DNA of 64,000 nt. Origin: the human T2T-CHM13v2.0 reference genome, Homo sapiens. The position numbers were made by a program, and so were the translations under genes. The notes beneath the pieces were generated by a model that made no database searches, was not told the DNA's origin, and saw nothing but the letters and a program-made list of their open reading frames with translations. Below are positions 1 to 16,399 of the stretch, one piece after another. Numbering within the stretch: the stretch's first letter is position 1; each line of letters starts with the position of its first letter. The DNA is taken from the NCBI RefSeq assembly GCF_009914755.1, contig NC_060929.1; one strand, given 5' to 3'.

Positions 1-60
1 CCACATTCAAAGCTGTCCTGGGCCGCATGTGGCCCACAGGCCGTGGATTGGACAAGCTTG
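1..60 (+). mobile_element. MER30-like hAT element, 3' end
   Basis: CCACATTCAAAGCTGTCCTGGGCCGCATG...TTGGACAAGCTTG matches the end of the copy at 6315-6551. Confidence 0.8.
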
Positions 61-759
61 AGAGGGATACTACAAACCTCAAGTTGTTCTTACGTTTCTA
101 CCCAGAGAGAAGGCTTTCTCAGACAGTGATCAAATGACTAAGCATGTGCACGGCTCTGGGTCTGAGCAGTCACCAACCTCAGCTGAAGAGGGAAGTTTGG
201 GCACTTCTAAGGAATCTGTTTTGCTAGGCCTCACTATCTCATGCACCCTGACTTGGGCTGTCCATCATGGTGTCAGCACAGTCAGGTGGCCCCTCAGATA
301 AAGCAATGTAACCACTGAAAACAGTTAATCACACAGGTACCACACAAATCTTACCGGACATTTCAGAGACATCTTTACAAACTAGCCTATTGTCCTAAGA
401 ATGATTTAAGTTTACTGTTAAAAATTCAAACAAGTAAAGAGCATCCCATATCCAAAGATGGCCCTTGGGTAGCATCCTTCCAGGTACCTGGATTTTCTCA
501 TCCATAAAGTCAAGTATATCCAATTATTCCCTGTATGAAAATGCTTCTACTATACAGACTATAACCTTTTTTGTTTTGTTCATTTAAAAATTGTAATGTG
601 CCACATGCCAACAATATTATTCAGAATCAAATGATTCAAATAGCTAAGATAAAGTTGTGACCTAATGTTAAGTCAGCCTACTGTCTTTTATAACAAAAGT
701 GTAGTTTTGGAGAAAATCCTTCCTTTCTTGAACTACTGACAATGATTAACATTTATTAA

Positions 760-912
760 CAATGGTTAACCTTTCTCAAGCATTTACTAAGTTCTAGGCA
801 CAGTGGTACTAAGCATTTTTGCATATACTCATTCACTTAATTCATATAACAAGCCTCTCTGAACCTTTGTTCTTCATCTATAAAATGGGAATAATAGTAC
901 CTACCTCACAGG
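760..912. mobile_element. MIR fragments, opposite orientations
   Basis: MIR-type motifs ...GCATTTACTAAGTTCTAGGCACAGTG... and CATCTATAAAATGGGAATAATAGTACCTACCTCACAGG. Confidence 0.6.
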
Positions 913-1344
913 TAAGTAATTTTTCAACAGTCCCATAACAACCTGGGGGTGGGGGGACAAGGAGTGATATGGATGTCGGTGTGTGTCTGTAGAACCAAAC
1001 TGTTCTGCTGAAGAGATCATGCCTCTTGCTCATGTGACACCAGCAGAGTGACTGATATGGAAACGGTGAGCACATAGATGGAGGCTGTCTGGGCGCCACA
1101 GTGCCCCGATGCAGAAACTCATCATCACATCAGTGTGTCAACATCACCGAGAAACCTTTGACAAATCTAAAGACCCTGTTAGCAACAGTGAAAGTTTCCT
1201 GAAGAGTGAGAAAACCACAGGGAGGAGGCTGTCTTGGCATCTGATTGGCACATTACTTCTACAGAAAGGCAATTAGTCAAATTGGTTTGGGGACCCCAGC
1301 TGTTCATGCTTCACCACCTCTTTGAGAAAGAAAAAGGGAAAGTG

Positions 1345-2510
1345 ACATTTACTAAGAGCTTGCTAGTACTAAGACCTTTCATATATTATCATATTTAACC
1401 CTCACTACAGCCTGTGAAGTATAATTATCCCATTTTATGTGTGCTAAAGTGAACTCCTAATCTTCCCCTTCATGCCTGCCCCACATATAGTCTTCTTGTC
1501 TCAGTTGAGGTCAAATCCTTCTTTCCAGCTGCTCAGAGAAAAACCCTTGGAGTCATCCTTAACTCTGATCTCTCTCTCATACTCAACATCTAAGCCATCA
1601 GCAAATGCTGATGATTCTTCTTCCAAAACAGGTCCAGAATCCAACATTTCTCATTTCTCCCCACTTCCACTGAATCCATGATGATTCCAGCCACTATTAT
1701 CTTCTAGAATATACTTCAGTGGAAGCCTAGCTAATTTCCCTGCTTCTACCTGTTCCCTGCTCTATAATCTATTCTCAACTCAGCAGCCAGAGTGATCCTG
1801 TTATGCTCTAGTCAGATCATAGCCCTCTGTTCAAAACCCTCTTGGAGTTCTGTGTTTTACCACAGAAAAGCCATAGTTCCCACAGTGGCCTGCAAGGTCC
1901 GCATCATCTTCCCCTTTATCTTTCCATCACTTTCTTTTCCCCTGTGACCCTCTCTGCTCACTCATTCTGCTCCAGCCACACTTGCCTCCATGTTGCTCCT
2001 TGAACACACCAGCCTCAGAGCCTTTGCGCTGGCTCTTCCCTGTGCCTAAAAGGGGCTAACGCCTTCAACACCTTCAAGTCTTTGCTCAGATGTTATTTTC
2101 TCAGAGATCTGCCATGTCCATACTGTTTAAGATTGCAGCCCCTTCTACCACCACTCCAAGCACTGCTTATCTTGCTCTGTTTTTTCCCATAGCACTTACC
2201 ACTTTCTAACTTGTTAACAGCTTTGTTGCTTATTTTGTACCTCCCATGCCATGATACACATTTCTGAAGGCGGAACACTTACCTATTTCCTCTACTGATC
2301 ACTCCCAAGTACCTAAACTAGTACCTGGCACATGGAAGCTACTCAGGAATTTATGTTGAGTGAATGAGTGAGTGAGTGCATGAGTAAATGAATGAATTTG
2401 ACAGGGGCAAATTCAAAGTTACCAAACTGTCCAAGGTCTGGCAACTAGCAGGAAGGAGGAAGTGGCAGGAACTGGAGTCAGGTGTCTCCCACTCCAGAGG
2501 TCCGGCTATT
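1345..2510 (-). mobile_element. MIR split by an L2 insertion (pieces about 1345-1445 and 2398-2510)
   Basis: ATTATCCCATTTTA... resumes as ...CCAAGGTC...CAACTAG after the L2. Confidence 0.5.
1450..2397 (+). mobile_element. L2 (L2a-like) 3' portion
   Basis: Typical L2 3' sequence ending GTACCTGGCACATGG...TGAATGAGTGAGTGAGTG...ATGAATGAA. Confidence 0.75.
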
Positions 2511-3304
2511 TGCACCAAATACCTCTCAGGAAGAGTGAGGCGGAGGATCCAAAAGCAATGTGACTGCGGAACTTTTGCCTAAGTGACAGTCAGTGGATTC
2601 TTTTGGGGTTGGTGCCCATTCAGGGCTAGTCCTTCCTCCAGCTGCACCTGCATCTTCAGCTGGATTCAACACACGGTGGCCCGCCTGAGCACTGGCCTTG
2701 AGTCACCCAGAAAGGTATCAGTTGTGGTCAGCACTGATGATTAAGGTGATTGGGGAAGTATGAGAAACCCCTGAAAAGAATGTCTAACGAAGAAGGTTTC
2801 ACTAATGTCTGGAGTTTGCCCATCTGTGTTATTTAAGAGGCATTCCCCCATGAACTCAGACTTCCACTTTTCTGAGGGCAGAGTAGTCACCTCACCTATA
2901 CCCAGTTGTCCTCTCAATTTCTTGTCTGTAGTTTGTACGCAAACCATCATTCACCTGCCAAACCTTCCTCTAAACCTGCCCTGAATGCAACGCCTGCTCA
3001 TTTGCCACTCCCACCTCCTCATGTGTGGCAAGGCATCCTCTTCCTGAATTGTCTATCCTGAGATGACGGTTACACCCTGAGAAGACGGTCTAAGGCTTTG
3101 AGGCTGAGTTATTTCTCAGCCCCCTCTGACCCACATCAATATCGGGTACCTGGGGAGGGTAGGTGGGTGATTACCTACTTCTGTGACTTCACGGGCATGA
3201 AAAGGGCCCTTAAAGACTTCCAAACATTTGGGTCATTGGGCCAATCCCTGGCTCCTCCAGAATCAAGGCAGCATGCAGGCCTTTGGAAAAAGAGGGATTA
3301 CTTT

Positions 3305-3330
3305 CAAATAAACAAACAAACAAACAAATA
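3305..3330 (+). repeat. (AAAC)n microsatellite
   Basis: CAAATAAACAAACAAACAAACAAATAA. Confidence 0.85.
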
Positions 3331-5389
3331 ATTAGAAACAACAAACATTCCTAATGCCACCTAAATGCCACCAACTGACAAGCAAAGCATGCGACTGCCC
3401 CCATGGCTTTGGTGGCAGGGCCCAGGGGCAGGCTCTCCTCGCTCCTCAGCCTGGCAGCGCTCCGCCAATTCCAACAGCAGGTACGCTCCTCAGAGGCACC
3501 AGTCGAGCCCAGGAGCTGGGGTGAGACACTCTAGGAGTTTGGGAGAAGGGGCTCACCAGGTGAGATTCCCACAGAGAGATGGGCTGCAACTAATTCTCCC
3601 TTTCTAAGGGAAGCCCACCCTGGGAATCCAGGTGTGAATGCCACACAGGCTGACACAGTCCTGTCTTTCTAAAGGCAAGGAGCTCTGAGTCCTGTGTGGT
3701 TTCCTGAAGGTGCTTCATGAACTACTTCCATTAATAAACTCTTTCATCTTAAATTTTTAAAATGAAATGAAACTGTCCTAGAAAGTTACAGACTGAGTCC
3801 CTCACCATTATTGATACCTTGGAGTACATGGGTCTTCCCTTGAGTAGATTTTCTGGGAGCTATTCTACCCACGTCCGTTTGTTGAGATCTTACAGGATTT
3901 CTTGCCCCAGTTAAATCTCCTGGGGTAGGCAAAGTGCTCAAGAAGTTGGAATGGGGCTGTGGGGTTCCACAAACAAGGGAAGCACCCAGAGGGCCCAACA
4001 TCAGTACTCAGGGCCTCCTTGGCTTCTGGCCTGCAGCTGGGGAGGCAGGGCTGCAGTGCTGGAGGGGCATCTCTGTCAGCCTCCTGCAGCACAGGGGCCA
4101 GGGTCTGGGGGCAGCAATCACTTTGGTGACTAATAACCTAATCATGGAAAATTACAACTTCCTGAGCTAGGTATATCAGAGGTGGCCACAAAACTCTTTA
4201 TGATGTGGCCAAAAATTCCTCCTACCACCACAGCCCTTGAAAATAGGTCAAAGACACCTTCTATGGAACTCTCAAAACAGGGCTTAGCTCACACCATCTA
4301 CCTCCGTCATTGTGCTGCAAACACTGGAGCTTTTGTGAGAATGCTCTCCTCTTCTGCGGTTTGAGCTCAGTTTTGGCTCTGGGCTAATCATCTGTCCTGT
4401 CCTACTTGTCTTCCACAAGGGACCGACTGGTCATGAAGGCCATGAAGGCTGTCTGCTGTGTGTCCCTGGAAATGTCTGTCGACAGCCTCTCTAGGCAGAA
4501 GTGTTTCTTCTTGTGTACCAACCAAGACCTATAGGCCTCGCCTCATCTCCCAAGCTATACCTCACCACAAAGCAGAACAAGGGTGGACTAAGAACTGGCA
4601 GAGACTTATACTTGGCTTTCCAGAGGTCCCAGGTTTGTGGTAGGGGTTCATGAGGCTGGCTGCTGTCTAGATGAGATATGCAGAGTGAGCTCTTTTCCCT
4701 GAATGCTGGGCATCCCATCGGTAGTATGGGACAGGGTAAGCTCCTGGCCTGGCTGGCTCCAATGCTGCCTGAGTGAAGCTATGTAACCCTGGGACATCTC
4801 TCTTAGCATGCTGATATTTGGCTGCTTCTCTGATAATGGGAGCAGCATTCTCTGGTATGGGGTGCTGTGGAAGACCTAGGGAATGGGACAACAGATTAAA
4901 ATGGGCTTTGAAGACCCTTGCAGAGGTGACCAGGGAGGCCCAACCTTCTATTTCCTGTGCTCAGGCCTTGGCAGAGACAGAAACCACGAGGCTCCAAGGT
5001 CCCCAACCAGTGGGACCCCGACACCAGGAGGACAGGACTCTCAGAGTTCTGTGCCTACTCCTCAGTTTCTTTTGTGTCTGCTGCTATCAGGAGTCCCAAT
5101 CTACAGGGCTCAATCAGGATGGGATCCTTAGTGTGGCACCTGGGTCAGAAAGCCGCCCCTGCTAAGAGGCTCAGGACAGGGCTAACTGGGAGAAGAGGCC
5201 CCACCTAAGTGTCTGCCACCCAAGATGATACTTTTTTTGGCCCAGAAGCCTCATCTGACCTCTGGCCCAGGCCTCAGCCTGGGTGAGGGTGGACATCTCT
5301 GTCCTAACAAGATCCTTGGGAGCCTCCAGGCAGTCCCCTTCCAGGGATAAGAGGTCCTGTGTCTGCTTGGCCTAGAGCCAGGCCTGTGC

Positions 5390-6736
5390 TGAGTCACAGG
5401 ACTCTGGTGTTCAAGGCCAAAAACAATGACTTAAACATTCTGAAATCCAGGAAAAATCAGCACTGGCTTTCTACCTAAGAACCCTGCCCAGCTAGGCATG
5501 AGTTCACCCAGCAAGACAGTGACAAGGACAATGGGAAACTGCCTGTCCCCTGTAGGCAAGAGGAGCAGGGGGCTAAGCCTTGAGCCTGAAACCAACCCTG
5601 AAAGATTCTTTAAAAACCCCATATCATTTCATCTAAAATTAGCTTTCAGCATCTAAATCACTTCCTGTTACAGAAACCACAGGCCTGATGCTTCAGTCAT
5701 CACCCTGCCTGCCTCTAGGGGTGGGGTAGGTGAGGTAGGAGTGCTGCACACAAAAAACAGTGACTATCCAAAAGTGACACAGCAGTCAGGAACCCCTTTC
5801 CCCACCCCCCCCACCCACTGCAGAAAGGATGGCTAAGCAGGGCCCTATAATGGTGTTGTTGTGGGGACCAGAGCCAATGTGAACATGCATGTGCATGTAG
5901 GCAAATATACACACATATGCACACTCCCCTGCATGCACACTATACACACAGACCAGAGCTTTCTCCACTGCCGCAGAGAGACTGCCGTATGGACAGCCCA
6001 AGCACGTCTCCGTTGTGCCCCTTCTGAGCACAGGACTCACCAAGAGAGGAGGGCAAGTGTCTGGCCTCCTTGGAGCATCTGCATCTCTGTTTCCACTTCT
6101 CTTACAGCCCTGGTTACTTTATGCCTAATTGGCTGTGAGCGAGGTTAGCCCAGCACTTGGCACTTGGCTCTCACTCATTGTTTCAGCCAACATTGCCAAG
6201 TGTTTCCTGTGTGCAGAAAACCAGGTGGTGGCCGGATTGAGGATGTGGAGCAAGTCAGAGGCCATCCCTGTACACCAAGAACTGAAGTTGAAGAAACCAA
6301 CTGAATCTCTAAACCAGAGATGTCCAATCTTTTGGTTTCCCTGGGCCACTTTGGAAGAAGAATTGTCTTGGGCCACACATAAAATTCACTAACACTAACA
6401 ATAGCTGATGAGCAAAAAAAAAAAAAAAAAAAAAAAAAAGAAAGCAAAAAATCTCATAATGTTTTAGGAAAGTTTACCAATTTATGTTGGGTCACATTCA
6501 AAGCTGTCATGGGTAGTATACAGCCTGTGAGTCATGGGTTGGACAAGCTTGCCTAAACCATCCAGAGAGCTCTGTTCTTCCTACTGCCTCAAGCTAAGCC
6601 CTGACCCAAACCTGAGACCTGGATTGAAGGATGCCAGCATCTGTGCACAGATAAACTGCAGCCACAGAAGGAAGACACTGATCATCTGTCACAAACTTGG
6701 TGAGTCATAAATAGTGCCACCTAAACCATGAGATAA
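5390..6736. promoter_or_regulatory. Candidate enhancer motif cluster (AP-1, ETS+RUNX, GATA)
   Basis: TGAGTCA at 5390 and 6701; ACTTCCTG at 5660 next to AACCACA at 5675; AGATAA at 6649 and 6731. Motif presence only. Confidence 0.3.
6315..6551 (+). mobile_element. MER30 (hAT-Charlie MITE) with expanded internal A tract
   Basis: CAGAGATGTCCAATCTTTTGG...TTGGACAAGCTTG; internal A25; degenerate TSD CTAAAC on both sides. Confidence 0.85.
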
Positions 6737-8251
6737 ACTGGGGGTGCACCTGGAAACCAGGTAGCCCCCCTCAAGGGCAGGGGCTTTTGTATTATAGGTC
6801 TGCTGCTATTCTCCCAGTACCCTCAATGGCACATGTCATGTAGAAGAGTCTCAGTAAATACCTGGTGGGTGACAGAATGGAGGTGGGTGATTCTGTTGAT
6901 GAGCAGGCTGGCACCGATGAGCATGGAGTATCTGCCAGCCCTAGGATGGTGCTGTGTCTGTGTCCATCCACTGTATGGTTACAAGAACTCAAGGTACCTG
7001 GGATCCCTCAGTCCTCACAGACCAGCTCCCAAGCTGGGCACAAAAGACAATGTATGTTGAGTGTTGTTTCTGACATGAGACTACTGGGACAGTAGGTGTC
7101 TGCCTGCTCCAGTATGAGGGATCCCACTACTTTGTCACTGGATGGCTTTGGTTGCAGTGGTTTTCTAACCAAAGCACAATGACCCTTCAGTGGGGTCAGC
7201 TTCAGCAAGATAAAGGCCTGGCCTGAAACAGGTGTCTTCTATAAGAAAGACAGAGTTGTGTCCATTATGCCTCTCTCGCTGCTTCCTGGTAAAGGGACCT
7301 AGGCATCCCTGGGTGACTGGAATGCCTGGTGACCACTTCCATCCACCCCCATTAGCTGCTGCTAAGGTACACATGAAGTATCTTAGGTTCCCAGAAAGAG
7401 AACCCCTGTTGAACAGTAACAAGCCCCAGCACAGGGTGCTAATGATTTATCTGCTTTCACATTTGAGCGTGCTTTCTTGGAAGTGATGGAGAATCTTCGG
7501 CCTGAAGATGTGGAGGCGCATGCAGAGTCCTGAGCTCCCCACAGGCAGCTTAGGTGTAACTGAGAAGGAGCTGTGAGCATATCTGGCTCTCCAGCTCCCA
7601 CAGCAAGCGGGGTCCACCAGTATTGACATGGCTCTTGTCTGCATGATAAGCTGGACCAACAAGGCCAGGGCTCTGCCCACAAAGCTAAACTAGTATGGGG
7701 ACTTGGCACTTGTCCCTGTCAGGGGAATGGTAAGCATTTTCGCACAGACTAGACATATTTTCCAAAGGCCTGCTTTAAATCAGGCCTTATCTGGGCACTG
7801 AGGATACAATTAGGAAGAAGACAAAAGTCTGTCTCTCAACAATGGCATATTCCACTGAGGGAGACATGTAATTATAATACCAGATTGTAAGTACAAAACT
7901 AGAGAGGTATTAGAAAAAGACAGACATGGTGCTCTCGGTGCATAGAGAAGGAACATGCCACCCAGCCTGGAGGCTAGGCACAGTTTTGGTGAAAATTTTT
8001 ACTGAGGTAGAACTCAGTAGGAATAAGACATTACCAAATTGAATTAAAAGAATAACAGATCATGATCAAGCAGGGTCATTCCCAGGAATGCAAATTTGAT
8101 TATGGAAAATCTACCAATGTACTTCTCCACAATAATTGGTTAATCTAAAGATGATCATCTCAACAGAAACATCCGTTTATGAGAAAAATTCTTTGTCTAC
8201 TAGGACTACTAGGAAGCATCCTTAATAAGATCAAGAATTATACCAGAAACC

Positions 8252-11358
<3,107 letters not shown>

Positions 11359-13608
11359 CAGCTCTGTACAATATTAAAAAAAAAAGTACAAAGGATGTTC
11401 CTGAGATGAAGGTGCATGTGGGGGCTGCAGCTCCCCACTGCCTTTCTTGCTTTCTCACAAAGGCATCCTCCAAGTTCAATGGTCTTGGCAGCCTGCATAA
11501 AATGAGATGTCCCTCATGTCAGAAGAGTCCAGATTCGAGCCCTCACTGCCCTTTACAGTCCTTCCTGTGTGAGCACCAGAAAGAGCTTACACTACCAAAG
11601 AAAGCAAGAACTCTGCTCTTCAGTAAGCCACATTACATAGGTCTAATATGCAAATCCTAGGCCTTAAAAAGTCTTGTGCCAGTATCTTGGGCAATCTTTC
11701 TTTAAAAACTAGTTGTACAGTTTTGGAGTTTACAGTTCATGTTTACTCTGGGTCTTTGAGGAAGCAGGCCTGGCCAGGGTCTAACACAACTGGCGTTTTA
11801 TGTCAGTATGAAACGAAGAACCTTTCAATAAACAGCACTGAGGCAATTGTTATTAAATTGGTTAGGAACACTTTCAGATTTAAGTAAGAGAAAAGACAAC
11901 TCAAATTGGTTTAAACAATAAGGAAAAGTAAATGTATAGAAAGACGTCTGGAAGGATATACACCTAGCTGAGAATTGTGGTTACTTGCAGAAGCTGGAGT
12001 AGGGGATGGGGATCAGGGCAGCCAAAGGGCGGCCACTTTATTTAACTTTACAGTTTTACAATCTTAAGACTAAATAACTTTCTTTTTTATTTAAAAAAAA
12101 AAAGGATTTTCTCTTTTTAAGATTTGACAAAAGAGTGTATTCATGCATCATTGGGGTGCTTAAAAAACAAAACTAATTTTTACAGGATCATTAGAAGTCA
12201 GACAAGCAAAGGCCAAAGGAGGCTGCTCCCTCTGCAGGAGGCCCTGCTGACCACCGGTGACCTAGCTCCAGACGTCTCTGCTCTCCTGTATATCTCTGCC
12301 TAGGCCTCCCTGCCATACTGGTGGGCCTTCCTGGCTCCTGAGGGTGGGAGAATGGGTCTCTCACCTGCACCACAGCTAAACGCTCACAATTATGGGACAG
12401 GAAGCAGGTACAAGGTACTAGAGAGCCACAGGGCTAGATGATAAGGGTTCCTCTGTTGAAATAAGTTCAAAGACAGAAAATAAGGAAGGTCAAGCATTCA
12501 GAGTCTGTATGCCTATCCCCCTGCACTCCCCTCTTCTCTCAGCCATACCCCAACTTCCTGAGGCTCTCTGCCCAGACTTTGAGAGACTGTCCCTTAGCTC
12601 ACCTTGGGTCTGGGGCACTGGCTAGAACAAGGGTAGGACTAGAGGAAGAATAATGATCTGGGATAGTATCAGGGTCAGAAAAAGGGGTGTGCAGAAGTCA
12701 AAACAGAATAGGAGCTGGGAAAGGGCCAGGGGTCTGCATCAGGAGCAGAGGTTCTGTTCACATCCATAGGTAGTAGTGGCAGATGAAACCACTACCTCCC
12801 TTTTTCTCTAGCATAGAGCAAAATGTCTTTTACCCACAGGGAGAGCTACCTTAAATCCCATTTCATTTAGCCAAGTCAGAGAGGAAAAAGCCTGCCCACC
12901 AGGCCAGGGCAAAGTAACTCACTCTTTCCACTGGAGAAGTTCTAATGGAACTCAAGGCAGAGGGCAGAGCCCTCCCAAGGCATGGTCCAGAGGCCTGGGC
13001 CAAGATGGCTAGACGTGCTGCTGCTACATCTGCAGGAAATGGAATTCTGGGGGTGGTGTGGTTAAGAAAAAACCCTCTGGTTTTGATAGATCCACTTGTA
13101 AGTTTACCAAGAAAATTCAGACCAAAGCATCACCCTCACCTTCCTCCACCCACTCTGCAATGACTTCAGAGAAGAGTTATGAGAACTAAAGTGCTCCATC
13201 CCAAGAAAAAGAAGGACTTCCTTTGAGGTTAAGGTGTAAAATAACAAATACTACTGCACCTAAGAAGGCCTTTCCAATGCGAGACTTCCCACTCCTACCT
13301 TCAGAGACTCAGCAGGAACTGGGGAATAGGTGAGAACATAATTAGGGTCTTAAAAGGAATAGATAAGAAAAACTTTCTTTGCATCCTTTTATAGCTGAAT
13401 GACCTTTCATTAAATGAGATAGCTTCAAAAATGGGTTTGTTTTCTTATTTATGCCAGGCCCAAGGGGGCACAATTTGAAAGTGAGGGACTTCTTTGCAAA
13501 ATAATGTAAGGTACTCGCTTTATTATGGGTAGAGAAAATTTTGGAGCAATTAGGAAAATGCTTTTCCTCCTTCTTGTAAATTTAGAATATCCAGTCTGTA
13601 AGAATTAA

Positions 13609-13662
13609 TGTGTGTGTGTGTGTGTGTCTGTGTGTGTGTGTGTGCGTGCATGTGCACGTGTG
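13609..13662 (+). repeat. (TG)n microsatellite, interrupted
   Basis: TGTGTG...TCTGTG...TGCGTGCATGTGCACGTGTG. Confidence 0.95.
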
Positions 13663-13811
13663 CCTGATCTAATAGTTACCAGATGGGCAACTGGAATAAT
13701 GAAGAAGTTATACTTTCTATAGTGGCAACAGGGAACGTGATAGGAATGTGCCTTGGAGTACTTACATCTACCTTGATAGTCCTGCTGGAATTTGGCAGTA
13801 TTATTCTAGAT

Positions 13812-14027
13812 TAGCATTATCCAACAGAACTTTCTGTGGTAATCAGAATGTTGTATATCTGCACTGTCCAATGTAGAAGCTACTAGCACATGTGGCTATT
13901 GAACACCTGAAATATGGTTACGGCAACTGAGAGTTTTAAATTTCTAATTTTATTTAATTTTAATTAATTGGCCATATTTAATTAAATAGCCATATATGGC
14001 TAATGGCTACTGTACTGGACAACACAG
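13812..14027 (+). mobile_element. MER3-like hAT-Charlie MITE
   Basis: Perfect 8-bp TSD TTCTAGAT at 13804-13811 and 14028-14035; characteristic internal ATGTGGCTA dyads. Confidence 0.85.
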
Positions 14028-14521
14028 TTCTAGATTAATTGCTCTGTTTGTTTGGGGCAGGGTTTACCAAAGGGTAGGAGAGGATGTGTAGTGGAATTTG
14101 GTAGGAGAAAACACTACTATGAGAAACAAAACCCTCATGACAGATGAAGCTAAGAGCAAGCACCATGGCAACATAAAACACATTTGGCACCGCAAGTCTT
14201 CTCACGAATCTGCTCACACACAAAAATCTTGTACAAGTGATATTTTCAGAAAAGCCCAAGGAAAGGTGCTATATTGGTGAAACTGAGTTATATGAAACAA
14301 GTCTAGCAAACCGAATGACAGAACAGTGTGATCCTACTGATAATCTGGATAAAACCTTCATTTTTACTCCCATTAGTGAGAAGTCCCACTTTGGCAAGTG
14401 GCCAAAGGAAACTATGGTTGGAACCATAGTGCACAGTTTTGAAATTTGACTTACCTGTTTTCCATAGAGAGGGACCCAGGAAGAAAGAGTGATGAGTTGA
14501 AAGAGGCCTCAACTTTCCAAC

Positions 14522-15752
14522 CATGCTGGAAAGTGCTCCCAAGAAGCAAAGAAAAGTCATGACATTAAGAAAAACTGAATCCATTAATATGTACTGTACA
14601 TTGAGGTCTGCAGCTGCAGTGTGTCCACCATTTCAAGATAAATGAATCTAGTGTAAGGACCATTGTTAAAAAAGAAAATGAAATTTATGAAGCCATCACC
14701 ACAGCTATGTCACCATGTCCAAAAACCTTGCATTTTTTTGTGAAATATCTTTTTATCTCATATTGAAATTGCAGCTTTATGTGGGTAGAGGATTGCTAGA
14801 AGAAAGGTATAACTATAGACCCTACTGTGACTTGAGAAAAAGCAGAGTCATTACATGACAACATAAACCAAAAGGAAGGTGAAGAGGCCAGGTACACTGG
14901 CTCATGGCTGTAATCCCAACACTTTGGGAGGTCAAAGCGGCCTGATCACCTGAGGTCAGGAGGGAGTTTGAGACCTGCCTGGCCAACATGGTGAAACCCC
15001 ATCTCTACTAAAAATACAAAAATTAGCTGGGCATTGTGGCACATGCCTGTAATCCCAGGTATTCAGGAGGATGCAGCACAAGAATCACTTGAACCTGGGA
15101 GGTGGAAGTTGCAGTTAGCCAAGATTGCACCACTGCACTCCAGCCTGGGAGACAGAGCGAGATTCTGTCTTAAATAAATAAACAAACAAATAGGAAGGTG
15201 AAGGATCTAAAGCTGAAAAATTTAACGCCAGCAAAGGATGGTTTGATAATTTTAGCAAGAGGTTTGGCCTTAAAAATATCAAGGTAATAGGAGAAGCAGT
15301 TTCTGCTGACCAAAGGCAGGAGATAGGTTCCCAGGTATCATTAAGAAAATAATTGAGGACAAAGGATACCTGCCTCAACAGGTTTTTAATACAGACAAAA
15401 ATGCCCTATTCTGAAAAAAAGTGTCACAAACGATATTTATTAGTAAGGAACAGAAGCAAGCACTAGCATTGCCCTTATCCATAAAGCTGCTAACTCCCAA
15501 TCCTTGCAGGGAACAGTTGTATACCAGCTGCCAGTCTTTCAGCTGTAGAAGAAGGCCTGGATGATGAAAATCCTTTTTCTGTATTGGTTCCATCAATGCT
15601 TTGTCCCTGAGGTCAGGAAGTACCTTGTGAGTAAGGGATTGCCTTTAAAAGCTTTTTTGATGTTGGATAATGCCCCTGGCTACCCAGAACCCCATGAGTT
15701 CAACACTGAAGGCATCAAAGTAGTCTACTTATCCCCAAACATAGTCTCTATT
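14522..15752 (+). mobile_element. Tigger3 (Golem)-like TcMar transposase fragment, interrupted by an Alu
   Basis: GCTCCCAAGAAGCAAAGAAAAGTCATGAC... Peptide remnant WFHQCFVPEVRKYL...KAFLMLDNAPGYP (ORF 15561-15794) resembles the pogo/Tigger DDE domain. Confidence 0.8.
14886..15189 (+). mobile_element. AluS inside Tigger
   Basis: Full dimer; TSD AGGAAGGTGAAG on both sides. Confidence 0.95.
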
Positions 15753-15973
15753 TCAGGTATCCAGGATGCAGAATTCCCCTTTGGAAAACTCTAATATCTC
15801 TGCCATATCTGACATGCTAGCCAGGGTTCAGACTGCAGTAGCCACTAGCAAATAAACTGTCTGATGCTGACCTTGTTACTGCTTTGGGGATGGTAGTAAT
15901 CAGAGGTCACTCCAGGGAATATCCCAGGAGGCTGATCCAGGTTGGGGGAAGGGAAGAAATAGAGAAAAGGCAA

Positions 15974-16255
15974 GCTGGGAGCAGTGGCTCATGAATGTAA
16001 TACTAGTGCTTTGGGAGGCTGAGGCAGGAGGATCACTTGAGGCCAGGAGTTTAAACCAGGCTGGGTGACATAGTGAGACCTTGTCTCTACAAGAAAAAAC
16101 TTTTAATAATTAGCCGGGCATGGTGACGTGTACCTGTAGTTGTAACTACTTGGGAGGCTGAGGAGGAAAGACTGCTTGAGCCCAGGAGTTTGAGGCTATA
16201 ATGAGCTGTGATCACACCACTGCACTCCAGCCTGGGTGAAAGTGAGACCACATTG
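15974..16255 (+). mobile_element. AluJ, tail replaced by a G-rich run
   Basis: GGAGGATCACTTGAGGCCAGG and TTGAGCCCAGGAGTTTGAGGCT are J-type diagnostics. Confidence 0.9.
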
Positions 16256-16399
16256 AGAGAGGGTGGGGGTGGGGGGAGGCAGATGGGGTAAAGGCAGAAA
16301 AAGACAAAAGGAGACATCTTGCATCAATGGAGTTTTTTTTTTTTTTTTTAATGGCCCTTGTCTTAATGCAGAATAGAACTTCTTGAAGCACTTCTAACT

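Noticed and set aside
5881-5900. CATG-CATG spacing resembling a p53 response element
   Set aside because: Several mismatches to RRRCWWGYYY; it lies in a degenerate purine-pyrimidine alternating tract.
3350-6730. Partial CTCF-like AGGTGGCA cores (about 3356-3364, 6715-6723)
   Set aside because: Only half of the motif matches; unsupported without PWM scoring or ChIP data.
7165-7422. Minus-strand ORF containing GNLRYF, identical to a P4HA2 hexapeptide
   Set aside because: Flanks are unrelated, there are no matching splice sites, and the true homologous exon is at 51269-51464. Coincidence.
878-7709. Numerous 60-115 aa ORFs in the unique region
   Set aside because: No recognisable domains, overlapping on both strands, and lengths expected by chance.
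15779-15860. Weak resemblance to the LARATVRDP...YRVSK exon (also 32375-32460 LASP...RQAKS)
   Set aside because: Only 3-5 scattered residues match and canonical splice sites are missing.
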